A stretch of 64,000 nt of DNA. Origin: Candidatus Multivorans sp. GTDB taxonomy: Bacteria; Acidobacteriota; Thermoanaerobaculia; Multivoradales; Multivoraceae. Below, one piece after another: positions 39,663-49,400 of this stretch. Numbering within the stretch: position 1 is the stretch's first letter; each line of letters begins with the position of its first letter. The notes below the pieces were generated by a model, which saw only the letters and a list, made by a program, of their open reading frames with translations, made no database searches and was not told the DNA's origin. The translations under genes and the position numbers were made by a program. The stretch covers positions 800,001 to 864,000 of the forward strand of contig OZ251997.1 of assembly GCA_965247095.1 (NCBI GenBank), read 5' to 3'.

Positions 39663-39670
39663 CGGCAACC

Positions 39671-40456
39671 GTGCCGACCGAACCCATGCCCGCCGCCTCC
39701 GCGGCCGACCTCGAAAGGGCGGGATTCCGTCTCGGGGCGCGCGGAACCCACACGAGCCGGACAATCATGCTGAGGGACCTGGAAGATCTCCTTGCCTCCG
39801 TGCCCGCAGATGCGGACCGGAGGGCCTACACCGAGGCGATAGTCGAGGACAACGTGCTCGGCAAGCAGACCGCGGCGACGCGGCGCCTCAGTTTCCAGAG
39901 ACTGCGGGAGCTATACGGCCTCGACCCGCGGATTCCTCTCTTCCGGGTGCTCCGGCGCCTCTGGGACAGCGACCGCGCCGGTCGCCCGCGGCTGGCGTTG
40001 CTCGCTGCCACGGCCCGAGACCCCCTGCTGAAGGCGACGGCGCCGGTTGTGGTCCTACTGACGGCTGGCGACGAGATGATGCGCTCGGCTCTCCTGGCCC
40101 AACTCCGCGAGACCGTCGACGACCGGCTGAATGACGCGGTGCTCGACAAGGTCGCCCGCAACGCCGCCAGTTCGTGGGCCCAGGCTGGCTTTCTGCAGGG
40201 CCGGGTGCGAAAGGTCAGGTGTCGTGTCCAACCGACGCCCGGAACCGTTGCGCTGGCCCTTTGGCTCGGCTGGTTGGAGCGCTATCCGGTCGGCCGATTG
40301 CTCGATTCGCCATGGGCTCGAATCTGCGGCGGCAGTGGCCAGGAGCTGCTCCCGTTCGCTCTCAAGGCGGGCCAACTCGGCTACATCCGAGCGCGGGCCG
40401 CGGCGGGAATCGTCTCGATTGATCCGACCATCCTCGACCCCGCGGTGCGAAGATGA
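39671..40456 (+). CDS. brxA: BrxA-like protein (first BREX gene)
   Basis: Position before brxB with an ATGA overlap; helical protein with NVLGKQT, LRELYGLD, ARDPLL, SSWAQAGFL. Assignment is mainly by synteny. Confidence 0.6.
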   Translation: MPTEPMPAASAADLERAGFRLGARGTHTSRTIMLRDLEDLLASVPADADRRAYTEAIVEDNVLGKQTAATRRLSFQRLRELYGLDPRIPLFRVLRRLWDSDRAGRPRLALLAATARDPLLKATAPVVVLLTAGDEMMRSALLAQLRETVDDRLNDAVLDKVARNAASSWAQAGFLQGRVRKVRCRVQPTPGTVALALWLGWLERYPVGRLLDSPWARICGGSGQELLPFALKAGQLGYIRARAAAGIVSIDPTILDPAVRR

Positions 40457-41037
40457 GTCTGAGCCGGATCGAGAAACTGACGCGCGCCTACGAGCGTCAT
40501 ATCGGGACGCCCTGGCAGCGCACGCTGGCCGGCGCCCAGAGGGTGGTCTTCGTCGTGTACGAGAAGGAGCTGGAGCGTACGCTTCGATCGCGGGTGAGGG
40601 ATTTCGCAGCGGCAACCCGCGACGCCGGGCATGGTTGGACCCTGGTCGACTGCACGTCCTGGTTCGCCGATTGGATGGCGGACGACGACTACCGCGAGGC
40701 CTACTTCGAGGATCCGTCCCTGCTCGACCTGAAGCTCGAGGGCGAGTTTCGTTCCAAGTCCGCCCAGATGCTCTGCGCGGCACTGGAAGAGGCGGGCCAC
40801 GACGACGTGGTCGCGCTGCTAGGTGTCGCTTCGCTCTACGGCTTCCTTCGCGTGTCGGATCTGATTCGTTCCGTCGAACCGGCAATCAAGGGGCGTCTCG
40901 TGGTCTTCTTCCCCGGCAGCAGGACCGAGAACAACTTCCGGCTGCTCGACGCGAGGGACGGCTGGAACTACCTGGCGCAACCCATTACCTGGCATGACGC
41001 GGTCGCCCTGCGCGACGAACGGGCGCCCCTGCGATGA
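40453..41037 (+). CDS. brxB: BREX protein BrxB (DUF1788-like)
   Basis: SLYGFLRVS, GRLVVFFPG, LLDARDGWNYLA; sits between brxA and brxC. Confidence 0.85.
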   Translation: MSLSRIEKLTRAYERHIGTPWQRTLAGAQRVVFVVYEKELERTLRSRVRDFAAATRDAGHGWTLVDCTSWFADWMADDDYREAYFEDPSLLDLKLEGEFRSKSAQMLCAALEEAGHDDVVALLGVASLYGFLRVSDLIRSVEPAIKGRLVVFFPGSRTENNFRLLDARDGWNYLAQPITWHDAVALRDERAPLR

Positions 41038-44000
41038 AGATCCACGACCTCCTCGACCGCGACCCGCGTGGCGCGCGCCTTGCGAACAACGGTCAGGCCC
41101 GGATCGACGGCGACGATGACCAGGGGACGCGCGTGCTGCGGGAGGAGCTCGCGACCTTCGTCTGCGACGGGAAGTTCGGCGACGCGCTTCGGCGCATCCT
41201 GGACCGCTATCTGAGCAATCTCGGTTCGGCGCGCCAGGATGCGGCCTGGGTCAGCGGCTTCTTCGGCAGCGGCAAGTCCCATCTGTTGAAGATGGCGGCG
41301 CACCTCTGGCGCAACACCGAGTTCGCCGACGGCGCCACCGCGCGCGGTCTGGCGGCTGCCTCGCTTCCCGATGACGTCGTCGCATCGCTGCGTGAATTGG
41401 ACACGCAGGCGAGACGGGTCGGTCAGATGCCGGTGGCGGCGGCGGGGACTCTGCTCGGCGGCAACGAGTGGGTCCGGCGCACGGTGCTGGAGATCATTCT
41501 CCGCGCGCGGGATTGGCCGGCGCAGTACGCGCAGGCTCGGTTCTGCTCGTGGCTGCTGGACGAGGGACGGCTTGACGCCGTACGGGCCGCGGTCGAAACC
41601 GCCGGCAAGGACTGGCGCCGTGAACTGAACAACCTCTACGTCAGCCCCTTTCTCGCTCGAGCGGTGATCGACGCCGTACCCGGCTTTGCGGGCGACGTGC
41701 CGGGCGCCAGACAGGCGATCCATAGCCAGTTCCCGCCGACCCGCGTAGACATCACGACCGAAGAGTTCGTCGACATCGCGCGCCGGGCGCTCTCGGGCGG
41801 CGGCGAGCTCCCGCACACCGTGCTCGTGCTGGACGAAGTGCAGCAGTACATCGGTGACGACGAGGCCCGGTCGTCCGCGATCACCGAACTCGCGGAGGCT
41901 GTCCAGACCCGCTTCGACGGTCGGGTCATGCTGATCGGCGCCGGACAGTCGGCGCTCTCAGCCGACACGCCGTACCTTGCGAAGCTGCGCGACCGGTTCG
42001 TTATCCGCGTCGAACTGACGGACGCCGACGTGGAGGCCGTGACTCGGAAGGTGCTGCTCCGCAAGAAGCCGAGCGCTGTTCCGGCGATCGAAAAGCTGTT
42101 CGAGACCCACGCCGGCGAGGTCGCGCGGCACCTCCAGAACACGCGAATCGGGGCGAGGGCGGAGGACGAGAGTCACCGGGTCGACGACTACCCCTTGCTG
42201 CCGACCCGGCGCCGGTTCTGGGAGGCGTGTTTCCAAGCGGTGGACGCGGGCGGCGGGCACAGTCAGCTCCGGTCGCAGTTGCGGATCCTCCACGACTCGC
42301 TGGAGGTTGTCGCCGGGCGCGGGCTGGGCGCCGCGATACCCGCCTCCGACCTCTTTGGTGCTCTGGCGCCCGACATGGTCAGCACGGGAGTGCTGCTGGG
42401 CGAACTGAACACCCGGATTCAGCGACTCGACAGCGGCCCGGAGCACGGCCGGCTGCGGCGCGACCTCTGCGGCCTCGCGTTTCTGATCGGAAAGCTGCCG
42501 CGCGAAGCGGCCGTCGACCTCGGAATGCGCGCGACGCCTGCGGCCATCGCCGACCTGATGGTGAGCGACATCGCCGAAGACGCCTCCGGATTCCGCGGTC
42601 TCGTGGCCGAGCAACTCGAGTTCCTCGCCGCCGACGGCGTGCTCCTGAAAGTCGGCGAGGAGTACCGCCTTCAGACGACCGAAGGGGCCGAGTGGGACCG
42701 CGCCTACCGCGAGCAGGTCAGCGCGCTCCGGCAGGATGAAGTCGAGGTCGCACGGGTTCGTAACCAGCTCTTCGGTCGGGCCCTTGAGGAGGCCATCTCA
42801 TCTCTCCGCGTCACCCAAGGGGCGTCGAAGATGCGCCGCACCGTCAAGCTGCATGCCTCGAGCGAAGCGCCGTCGCTGGACCAGGAAGCGGTAATCGTCT
42901 GGCTGCGGGACGGCTGGTCGTGCAACCGGAGGGCGGTGGAGAACGAGGCCCGTCGCGCGGGGGTCGAGAGTCCTACGCTCTTCGTGTTCCTGCCGCGGCG
43001 GCACGCGGATGCGCTGAAGGACCGCATCCTCTCGGTGGAAGCGGCACAGCGGGTGCTCAACCTGAAGGGAAGCCCGGCCTCCGCCGAGGGGCAGGACGCG
43101 AAGGCCGGCATGGAGAGCCGGCGCGAAGACGCGTTGCGAGGGCGCGCCGAACTCGTTCTCGACACACTGCGGGCGGCGAGTGTCTACCAGGGAGGCGGGA
43201 CGGAGGTCCACGGCGAAGATCTGCGCCAGAGAATCGAAGCCGGCGCCAAGGCTTCCGTGGCGAGACTGTTCCCGGACTTCGACAAGGGAGACCACCGAGC
43301 CTGGGAGGTCGCGCTGCGGCGGGCCCGTAACGGCTCCGACACGCCGTTGCAGGTCGTCGGCTGGGACCGTGCCACCGCCGATCATCCGGTCGCCCGCGAA
43401 GTGCTGGCGAAGATGGGCGCTGGCGCCCGGGGTACCGAACTGCACCGCGCCATGAAGGCCGCGCCCTTCGGCTGGCCGCAAGATGCTGTGGACGCTGTGC
43501 TGGTGGCCCTGCACCGGAGCGGCCACGTGCGGGTTACGCGCAACGGGGCACCAGTTCCGGCCGGAACGCTCGACCAGACTGGAATCAAGAGCGCCGAGTT
43601 CCGACCGGAGAAGGTCGTGCTCACGGCCAGCCAGCGGATCGATCTGCGCGAGCTGTTCCAGGAGTTGGGAATCCGTTCGCGGAGCGGCGAAGAGGGCTCA
43701 GCCGCGCGCGCCTTCCTCGACAGCCTCCAGGCGCTCGCCGTTTCCGCCGGCGGCGAGGCGCCGCTCCCGCCGGCGCCGGGGACCGTGTTCATCGACGAAC
43801 TCTCGCGACTGGTTGGGGCCGAGCAGTTGGCCGCGATCCACGCGCGGCGGGAGGGCATCCGCGAATCGATTGCCGAGTGGAAGGCGCTCTGCGAGCGAAG
43901 CGGCGAGCGGCTGCCTGTCTGGCGCAGGTTGACCGGCTTGCTGCGGCACGCCGCGAATCTCCCCGAGGCCGGGTCGGTGAGCGAGGAGGTCAGTGCCATC

Positions 44001-44501
44001 CAGGCGCAGCGCTCGCTTCTGGCCGAGACCGACCCTGCGGCGCCCCTAGCCGCACGGCTCGCCTCCGACCTGCGGGCGGCCGTCACCCAACGGCGGGTCA
44101 GGCTCGCGGACGCCCTGGCGGCCGCTGTGAGCGAACTCGCCGTGGACGCCACATGGCAGCGGCTCGACGGCGAGGCACAGCAGGAGATTCGCCGCGAGTG
44201 CCACCTGGAGCCGCCCGAGGATCTTCGGGTCGCGACGGACGACGAACTCCTTGCGAGCCTCGACGACCGACCGCTCTCCGCCTGGCAGTCCAACATCGAC
44301 GCTGTCCGCGAGCGAACGTCCCAGGCCCTGGCCGAGGCCGTCAGGCGTTTGCACGCGGAGGGCGAGAGTGCTGTTGCGCCCACGAGCGTCACGCTTCGCC
44401 GTGGAACGCTGGCCGACGAGGCGGCGGTGCGCGACTGGCTGCGGGAGCAGGAGGAGCGGTTGCTGGAGGCGGTGCGGAAGGGGCCGGTGGTGTTGCGGTG
44501 A
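41034..44501 (+). CDS. brxC: BREX P-loop ATPase BrxC
   Basis: WVSGFFGSGKSHLLK, VLDEVQQYIG, DRF, VLLRKK, YPLLP, APFGW; 1155 aa. Confidence 0.92.
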   Translation: MKIHDLLDRDPRGARLANNGQARIDGDDDQGTRVLREELATFVCDGKFGDALRRILDRYLSNLGSARQDAAWVSGFFGSGKSHLLKMAAHLWRNTEFADGATARGLAAASLPDDVVASLRELDTQARRVGQMPVAAAGTLLGGNEWVRRTVLEIILRARDWPAQYAQARFCSWLLDEGRLDAVRAAVETAGKDWRRELNNLYVSPFLARAVIDAVPGFAGDVPGARQAIHSQFPPTRVDITTEEFVDIARRALSGGGELPHTVLVLDEVQQYIGDDEARSSAITELAEAVQTRFDGRVMLIGAGQSALSADTPYLAKLRDRFVIRVELTDADVEAVTRKVLLRKKPSAVPAIEKLFETHAGEVARHLQNTRIGARAEDESHRVDDYPLLPTRRRFWEACFQAVDAGGGHSQLRSQLRILHDSLEVVAGRGLGAAIPASDLFGALAPDMVSTGVLLGELNTRIQRLDSGPEHGRLRRDLCGLAFLIGKLPREAAVDLGMRATPAAIADLMVSDIAEDASGFRGLVAEQLEFLAADGVLLKVGEEYRLQTTEGAEWDRAYREQVSALRQDEVEVARVRNQLFGRALEEAISSLRVTQGASKMRRTVKLHASSEAPSLDQEAVIVWLRDGWSCNRRAVENEARRAGVESPTLFVFLPRRHADALKDRILSVEAAQRVLNLKGSPASAEGQDAKAGMESRREDALRGRAELVLDTLRAASVYQGGGTEVHGEDLRQRIEAGAKASVARLFPDFDKGDHRAWEVALRRARNGSDTPLQVVGWDRATADHPVAREVLAKMGAGARGTELHRAMKAAPFGWPQDAVDAVLVALHRSGHVRVTRNGAPVPAGTLDQTGIKSAEFRPEKVVLTASQRIDLRELFQELGIRSRSGEEGSAARAFLDSLQALAVSAGGEAPLPPAPGTVFIDELSRLVGAEQLAAIHARREGIRESIAEWKALCERSGERLPVWRRLTGLLRHAANLPEAGSVSEEVSAIQAQRSLLAETDPAAPLAARLASDLRAAVTQRRVRLADALAAAVSELAVDATWQRLDGEAQQEIRRECHLEPPEDLRVATDDELLASLDDRPLSAWQSNIDAVRERTSQALAEAVRRLHAEGESAVAPTSVTLRRGTLADEAAVRDWLREQEERLLEAVRKGPVVLR

Positions 44502-44665
44502 GGGGCGGTTCTTCGAAGGTGCCTGAAGCGACAGGTGTTCGGCTGTGAAGGTGGAGTGCTCTACCTGCCGCGTGTGCCTGCGCAGGACCGGCTCGACTGG
44601 CGCAGCGTCGGCTGGCCGCTTCCAGAGTCCGGCACGGGTACCGCGGTGACTTGGGAGGTTTCAGA

Positions 44666-45844
44666 ATGACGTGCATTGACAGCATTCGACTTGACGGGTT
44701 CCTCTCGTTCCCACCCGGGTCGCCCGCGTTCGAGCTGCAGCCGCTGAACGTCCTGATCGGCCCCAACGGATCGGGGAAGTCGAACTTCATTGACGCGTTC
44801 GGGCTCCTGGCGGCTACTCCGCATGACTTCGCGGCGGCCGCTCGGGCTGGTGGGGCGGAAGAGTGGCTTTGGAAGGGAGACGGAGGTTCAGACCGGGCAC
44901 GGATCGAGATCGTGCTTGGCGACGGGACGCCGACGCGCAGGCCGCTCCGGTACGGGCTGGAGTTCGGGGTGGTCGGGAGGCGCGTGGAGGTTCTGGATGA
45001 GATGGTGGAGGAGGTCGAGCGGCTGCCCGGCAAGGACGATGTCTTTTTCTACTATCGGTTCCAGAAGGGGCGCCCGGCGATCAACGTTCGGCAGGCGGAT
45101 GGCGATTCCGTCAAGAGATTGCTCAAGCGGGAAAGCCTGCTGCCGGACCAGTCGGTCTTGGCCCAACGGAAGGACCCGGACCGGTATCCCGAAGTCACCT
45201 GGGTCGGGCGACGGCTGCCTTCGTTCGTGACCTTCCGCGAATGGACCTTCGGGCAGGACGCTCCCTTGCGTAGACCTCAGCCTGCTGACCTGCCGGACGA
45301 CTTGCTGTTGCGGGACAACCGGAATCTCGCTTTGGTGCTGAACTACATCAAGCACTCGGGCGAAACGCGGCTCGAAGAGCGGATGCGGGAGTTCTTCCCG
45401 CGGTTCGAGCGGCTGTCCACGCGCGTTGCCGGGGGCGCGGTGCAGTTCTACCTGCACGAGACGGGGTTCGCTTCGCCGATACCGGCCACTCGCCTTTCGG
45501 ACGGCACAGTCCGGTTCATGGCCCTGCTCGTCACACTGCTCAATCCCGTGCCGCCGCCGTTGGTGTGCATCGAAGAGCCGGAACTTGGGCTTCACCCCGA
45601 CGCCGTGTCGTCGGTGGCCGCAATGCTCGTCGAGGCCTCCGAACGCATGCAGTTGGTCGTCACGACGCACTCGGAGAGCTTGGTGAGTTCTCTGAGTAGT
45701 CGCCCCGAGGCGGTCGTGACTTGCGCACGGCCGGGCGCAGGAACCGAGTTACAGCGCCTTGATCCCGACGAGCTTGCAAGCTGGCTTGACGAGTATGGGC
45801 TCGACGACCTTTGGGCGAGGGGCGTGTTGGGAGCGAATCCGTGA
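44666..45844 (+). CDS. ABC/AAA_21-type ATPase
   Basis: LNVLIGPNGSGKSN, LSDGT signature, IEEPELGLHP, VTTHS; RBS GGAGG. Confidence 0.9.
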   Translation: MTCIDSIRLDGFLSFPPGSPAFELQPLNVLIGPNGSGKSNFIDAFGLLAATPHDFAAAARAGGAEEWLWKGDGGSDRARIEIVLGDGTPTRRPLRYGLEFGVVGRRVEVLDEMVEEVERLPGKDDVFFYYRFQKGRPAINVRQADGDSVKRLLKRESLLPDQSVLAQRKDPDRYPEVTWVGRRLPSFVTFREWTFGQDAPLRRPQPADLPDDLLLRDNRNLALVLNYIKHSGETRLEERMREFFPRFERLSTRVAGGAVQFYLHETGFASPIPATRLSDGTVRFMALLVTLLNPVPPPLVCIEEPELGLHPDAVSSVAAMLVEASERMQLVVTTHSESLVSSLSSRPEAVVTCARPGAGTELQRLDPDELASWLDEYGLDDLWARGVLGANP

Positions 45845-46464
45845 GAGGTGTCCGGCTGTTCGTGGAAGGAGGAGGCGATACACGCGGAGGAGGTCGGGCC
45901 CTGCGGATCGGGTTCCAAGGGTTCCTTGGAGAGGTTCGGGAACGAGCCAGAGATAGGCGCAAGCGGTGGAATGTGGTGATGTGCGGCTCGCGGCGCAAGG
46001 CGTACGAGCGCTTTGTGAGAGAGGCTTCGGCTGCGAGGGAGGACTTCATCGTTCTCCTGGTCGATTCCGAAGAGGAAGTGACCAGGGCGCCGAAGGCGCA
46101 CTTGGCTGCAAGAAGCGGAGATGGGTGGACCGATTGGAATCAAACGCTGGAGAGTCAGGTCCACTTGATGGTCCAGACGATGGAGACCTGGTTGATCGCG
46201 GATATTGAGACTCTTCGTTCCTACTACGGCAGCCGCTTCAACGGCAATTCGCTGCCTAGGCGGCAGGACCTGGAGAAGGTCCCGAAAGAGAACGTCAGTT
46301 CGGCGCTCGCTCGGGCGACCCAGAAGACTCAGAAGGGCGAGTACCACAAGATCCGCCACGCCAGCGAGCTCCTGGCCCTGGTGGACCCTGAGAAAGCCAA
46401 GGAGCGTTGCCGGAATTGCAAGCGGCTGTTCGAAACTCTGACCTCGGTGATCGAGGCCGCCTGA
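45841..46464 (+). CDS. DUF4276 / TOPRIM-like protein
   Basis: VRLFVEGGG, LLVDSE, METWLIAD, YHKIRHA; GTGA overlap with the ATPase. Confidence 0.75.
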   Translation: MRGVRLFVEGGGDTRGGGRALRIGFQGFLGEVRERARDRRKRWNVVMCGSRRKAYERFVREASAAREDFIVLLVDSEEEVTRAPKAHLAARSGDGWTDWNQTLESQVHLMVQTMETWLIADIETLRSYYGSRFNGNSLPRRQDLEKVPKENVSSALARATQKTQKGEYHKIRHASELLALVDPEKAKERCRNCKRLFETLTSVIEAA

Positions 46465-46465
46465 C

Positions 46466-49400
46466 GTGACCGAACCCCTCGCCCCGGAACTGCGCAAGCA
46501 GTTGGAGAAGGCCGTGCGCGACGCCCGGCGCCTTGGCGAAGCCGGCGCTCGCGCCGCGTTGCGGGCGTTGGCGGTGCACGAGTCACGGCCCTACGAGGGG
46601 GTGTCGGAGGACGAGCGTGCGCTGCGGCGGCGGCTTCGGGCCCACGGTCGCCAGTTGGGCGACGAGCCGAACCGGCAGAGGGGAACGCAGGCGATCGGGC
46701 GACTGGTCCACGAGGTGGCCTACGAGCACTGGCACCGGATGCTCTTCGCGCGGTTTCTGGCGGAGAACGGCCTGCTTGTGGAGCCCGAGTCCGGGGTTCC
46801 GGTGTCGCTTGAGGAGTGCGCCGAGTTGGCGCGGGAAGGGCGGGGCACGGATGGTTGGCAAGTTGCGGAGAGCTTTGCCGCCCGGATGCTGCCGCAGATC
46901 TTTCGGCCGGAAGACCCGGCGCTCGCGGTCACTCTGGCCCCGGAGACGCGGCAAGCACTGGAAAAGCTGGTCGCCGAACTGCCGGCGGCGGTGTTCACCG
47001 CGAGCGACTCGCTGGGTTGGACCTACCAGTTCTGGCAGACGGACCGGAAGGACGAGGTGAAGCGGTCGGGTGCGAAGATCGGTGCCGACGAGTTGCCGGC
47101 GGTGACACAGTTGTTCACCGAGAACTACATGGTCCGGTTCCTGTTCCAGAACACCATCGGTGCCTGGCGGGCCGGCAAGGTGCTGGCGGAGCGGCCCGAA
47201 GTGGCCGAGGGCGCCGCGAGCGAAGCGGAACTCGCGGAAGCGGTGCGCATCGAGCCGAGGGGCGGTCTGGAGGGGTACGACTTCGAGTACCTGCGGTTCG
47301 TCCGCGAACCGGCTGGCGGCGACGGCAAGGATGGGGACGAGGAACGTGCCGGGCCGCCCTGGCGGCCGGCAGCGGGTACTTTGTCTGGCTGGCCCCGCCG
47401 GGTCGCCGAACTGCGGGTGCTCGACCCGTGCTGCGGCAGCGGTCACTTCCTCGCCGAGGGTCTTGAACTCCTGGTTCGCCTCCGCATGGAGGAGGAAGAT
47501 CTCGGAGTCGAGGCGGCGGTGGGGGTCGTCCTTCGGGACAACCTCTTCGGCCTAGAGATCGACGAGCGCTGTACCCAGATTGCGGCCTTCAGCGTGGCCT
47601 TCGCCGCTTGGAAGCTCGTGGGCCGTCCGGTTGAGTTGCCTCCGCCTCAAATCGCGTGTTCTGGTCTCGCGCCGAGCGCTTCCAAGGAGGAGTGGCTGAG
47701 TCTGGCTGCCGGTCACCAGGAGTTGGAGGGTGCACTAGAGGAGCTTTGGAACTTGTTTCGGCAGGCTCCGACGCTCGGCTCCCTGCTCGACCCCGCAGGC
47801 GTAGACAGAGGGTTGTTCCGAGCAGACTACAAGGCAGTGGAGCAGTTGCTGGCTTCGGCGATGGCGAAGGAGAACTCAGGAGCAGAACAGAGGGAGCGGT
47901 CGGTGGCGGCGCGAGGCATGAACTACGCCAGGAAGCTGCTTGCTGGCGAGTACGATCTCGTCATCACCAACGTGCCGTACCTGGCCCGCGGAAAGCAAGA
48001 CGCCACGATGCAGGAGTTCGGAGACCGGGAGTACCCCGACGCGAAGAAGGAACTTGCCACGATGTTCGTGGCACGGATCAACCGGTGGCTGGGCGCGAGC
48101 GGCGTTCAAGCTGTCGTCGCCCAACAGTATTGGCTGTTTCTGACCAGCTATAGGGAGCTGCGTGGACGATTCCTACGAGCGCACACCTGGCGGCTATGGT
48201 CTCGTCTGGGTGCAGGGGCCTTTGAGGCGATCAGCGGAGAAGTTGTCAATGTCGCACTTACGGTCCTTTCTACCGAGAGGCCCAGCGATGAATGGCGCAT
48301 GGTCGGAATCGATGTGTCAACGCCGCGAGGCCAGAGGCCGATTCGGCCACGTGGCAAAGCGAGGCTGCTGCGAAGCGGCACGGCCCCGCCGGTCCTAGCA
48401 CTACAGTGCGACCAAACGCTCAACCCTGGAAGCCGCGTCCTTATGCGGCCGTTCCCAGGTGTGCCACTGCTGCGGACCGTTAGTTACGGCCATCAGGGCA
48501 TCGCTACGGCGGACTACGCGTGCTTTGGCAGGAAGTTCTGGGAGCTTCCGGAACTAGGCTCGAGCTGGGAGTTCCAGCAAAGCACTGTCCGGGAAACCAG
48601 TGATTTTGGAGGGCGTGAGCATGTCTTGCATTGGGAAGAAGGCGAAGGTCCGCTTCAACGCAGCGAAGGCGTACGTATACAGGGGGGGGGAGCATGGAGT
48701 AGAGAAGGCGTAGCCGTCTCTCAGATGGGCGCTCTGCCCGTCACGCGCTATACGGGAGAGTACTTCGACAACAACGTTGCCGTCTTGACGGTCAATGATC
48801 AGCGGTATCTTCCGGCCGTCTGGTGCTTTTGTTCAGCCAGTGACTACGCTGCGCGGATCGGCGAGATAGACCAAGCGCCCAAGGTCACCAACGCCAATCT
48901 CGTCGAGGTCCCGTTCGATCTCTCGTACTGGCAGGAGGTTGCGACAGAGGAGTATCCCAACGGCTTCCCCGAGCCCTACTCCGACGACCCGACCCAGTGG
49001 CTGTTCCACGGCCACCCTTGCGGCTCCGTGGTCTGGGACGAGGAGTCGAAATGGACCGCCCACGGTCCGCTCCGGGCAGACGCCTCCGTGCTCCAAGTCG
49101 CGGTGGCGCGGCTGCTCGGCTACCGCTGGCCGGCGGAGCTGGACCCCGACATGCGTCTGGCGGCGGAGTCGAGAGCGTGGGTCGAGCGGGGCCGGGAACT
49201 CGACGGCTTCGCCGACGCGGACGGCATCGTGTGCATTCAGGCCGCGGCAGGTGAACTGCCCGCAGCAGACCGCCTGCGGCGCCTGCTCGCGGCTGCCTAC
49301 GGTGAGGAGTGGTCGGCGGCGAAGGAGCAGGAACTCCTGGCGGCCGCTGCGGACGGCAAGAGGCCGGCCAAGTCACTCGATGAATGGCTGCGCGACCAGT

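Noticed and set aside
47965-47980. NVPY instead of NPPY as a sign of an inactive PglX
   Set aside because: The catalytic N and Y and motif I are intact; this variation is tolerated in amino-methyltransferases.
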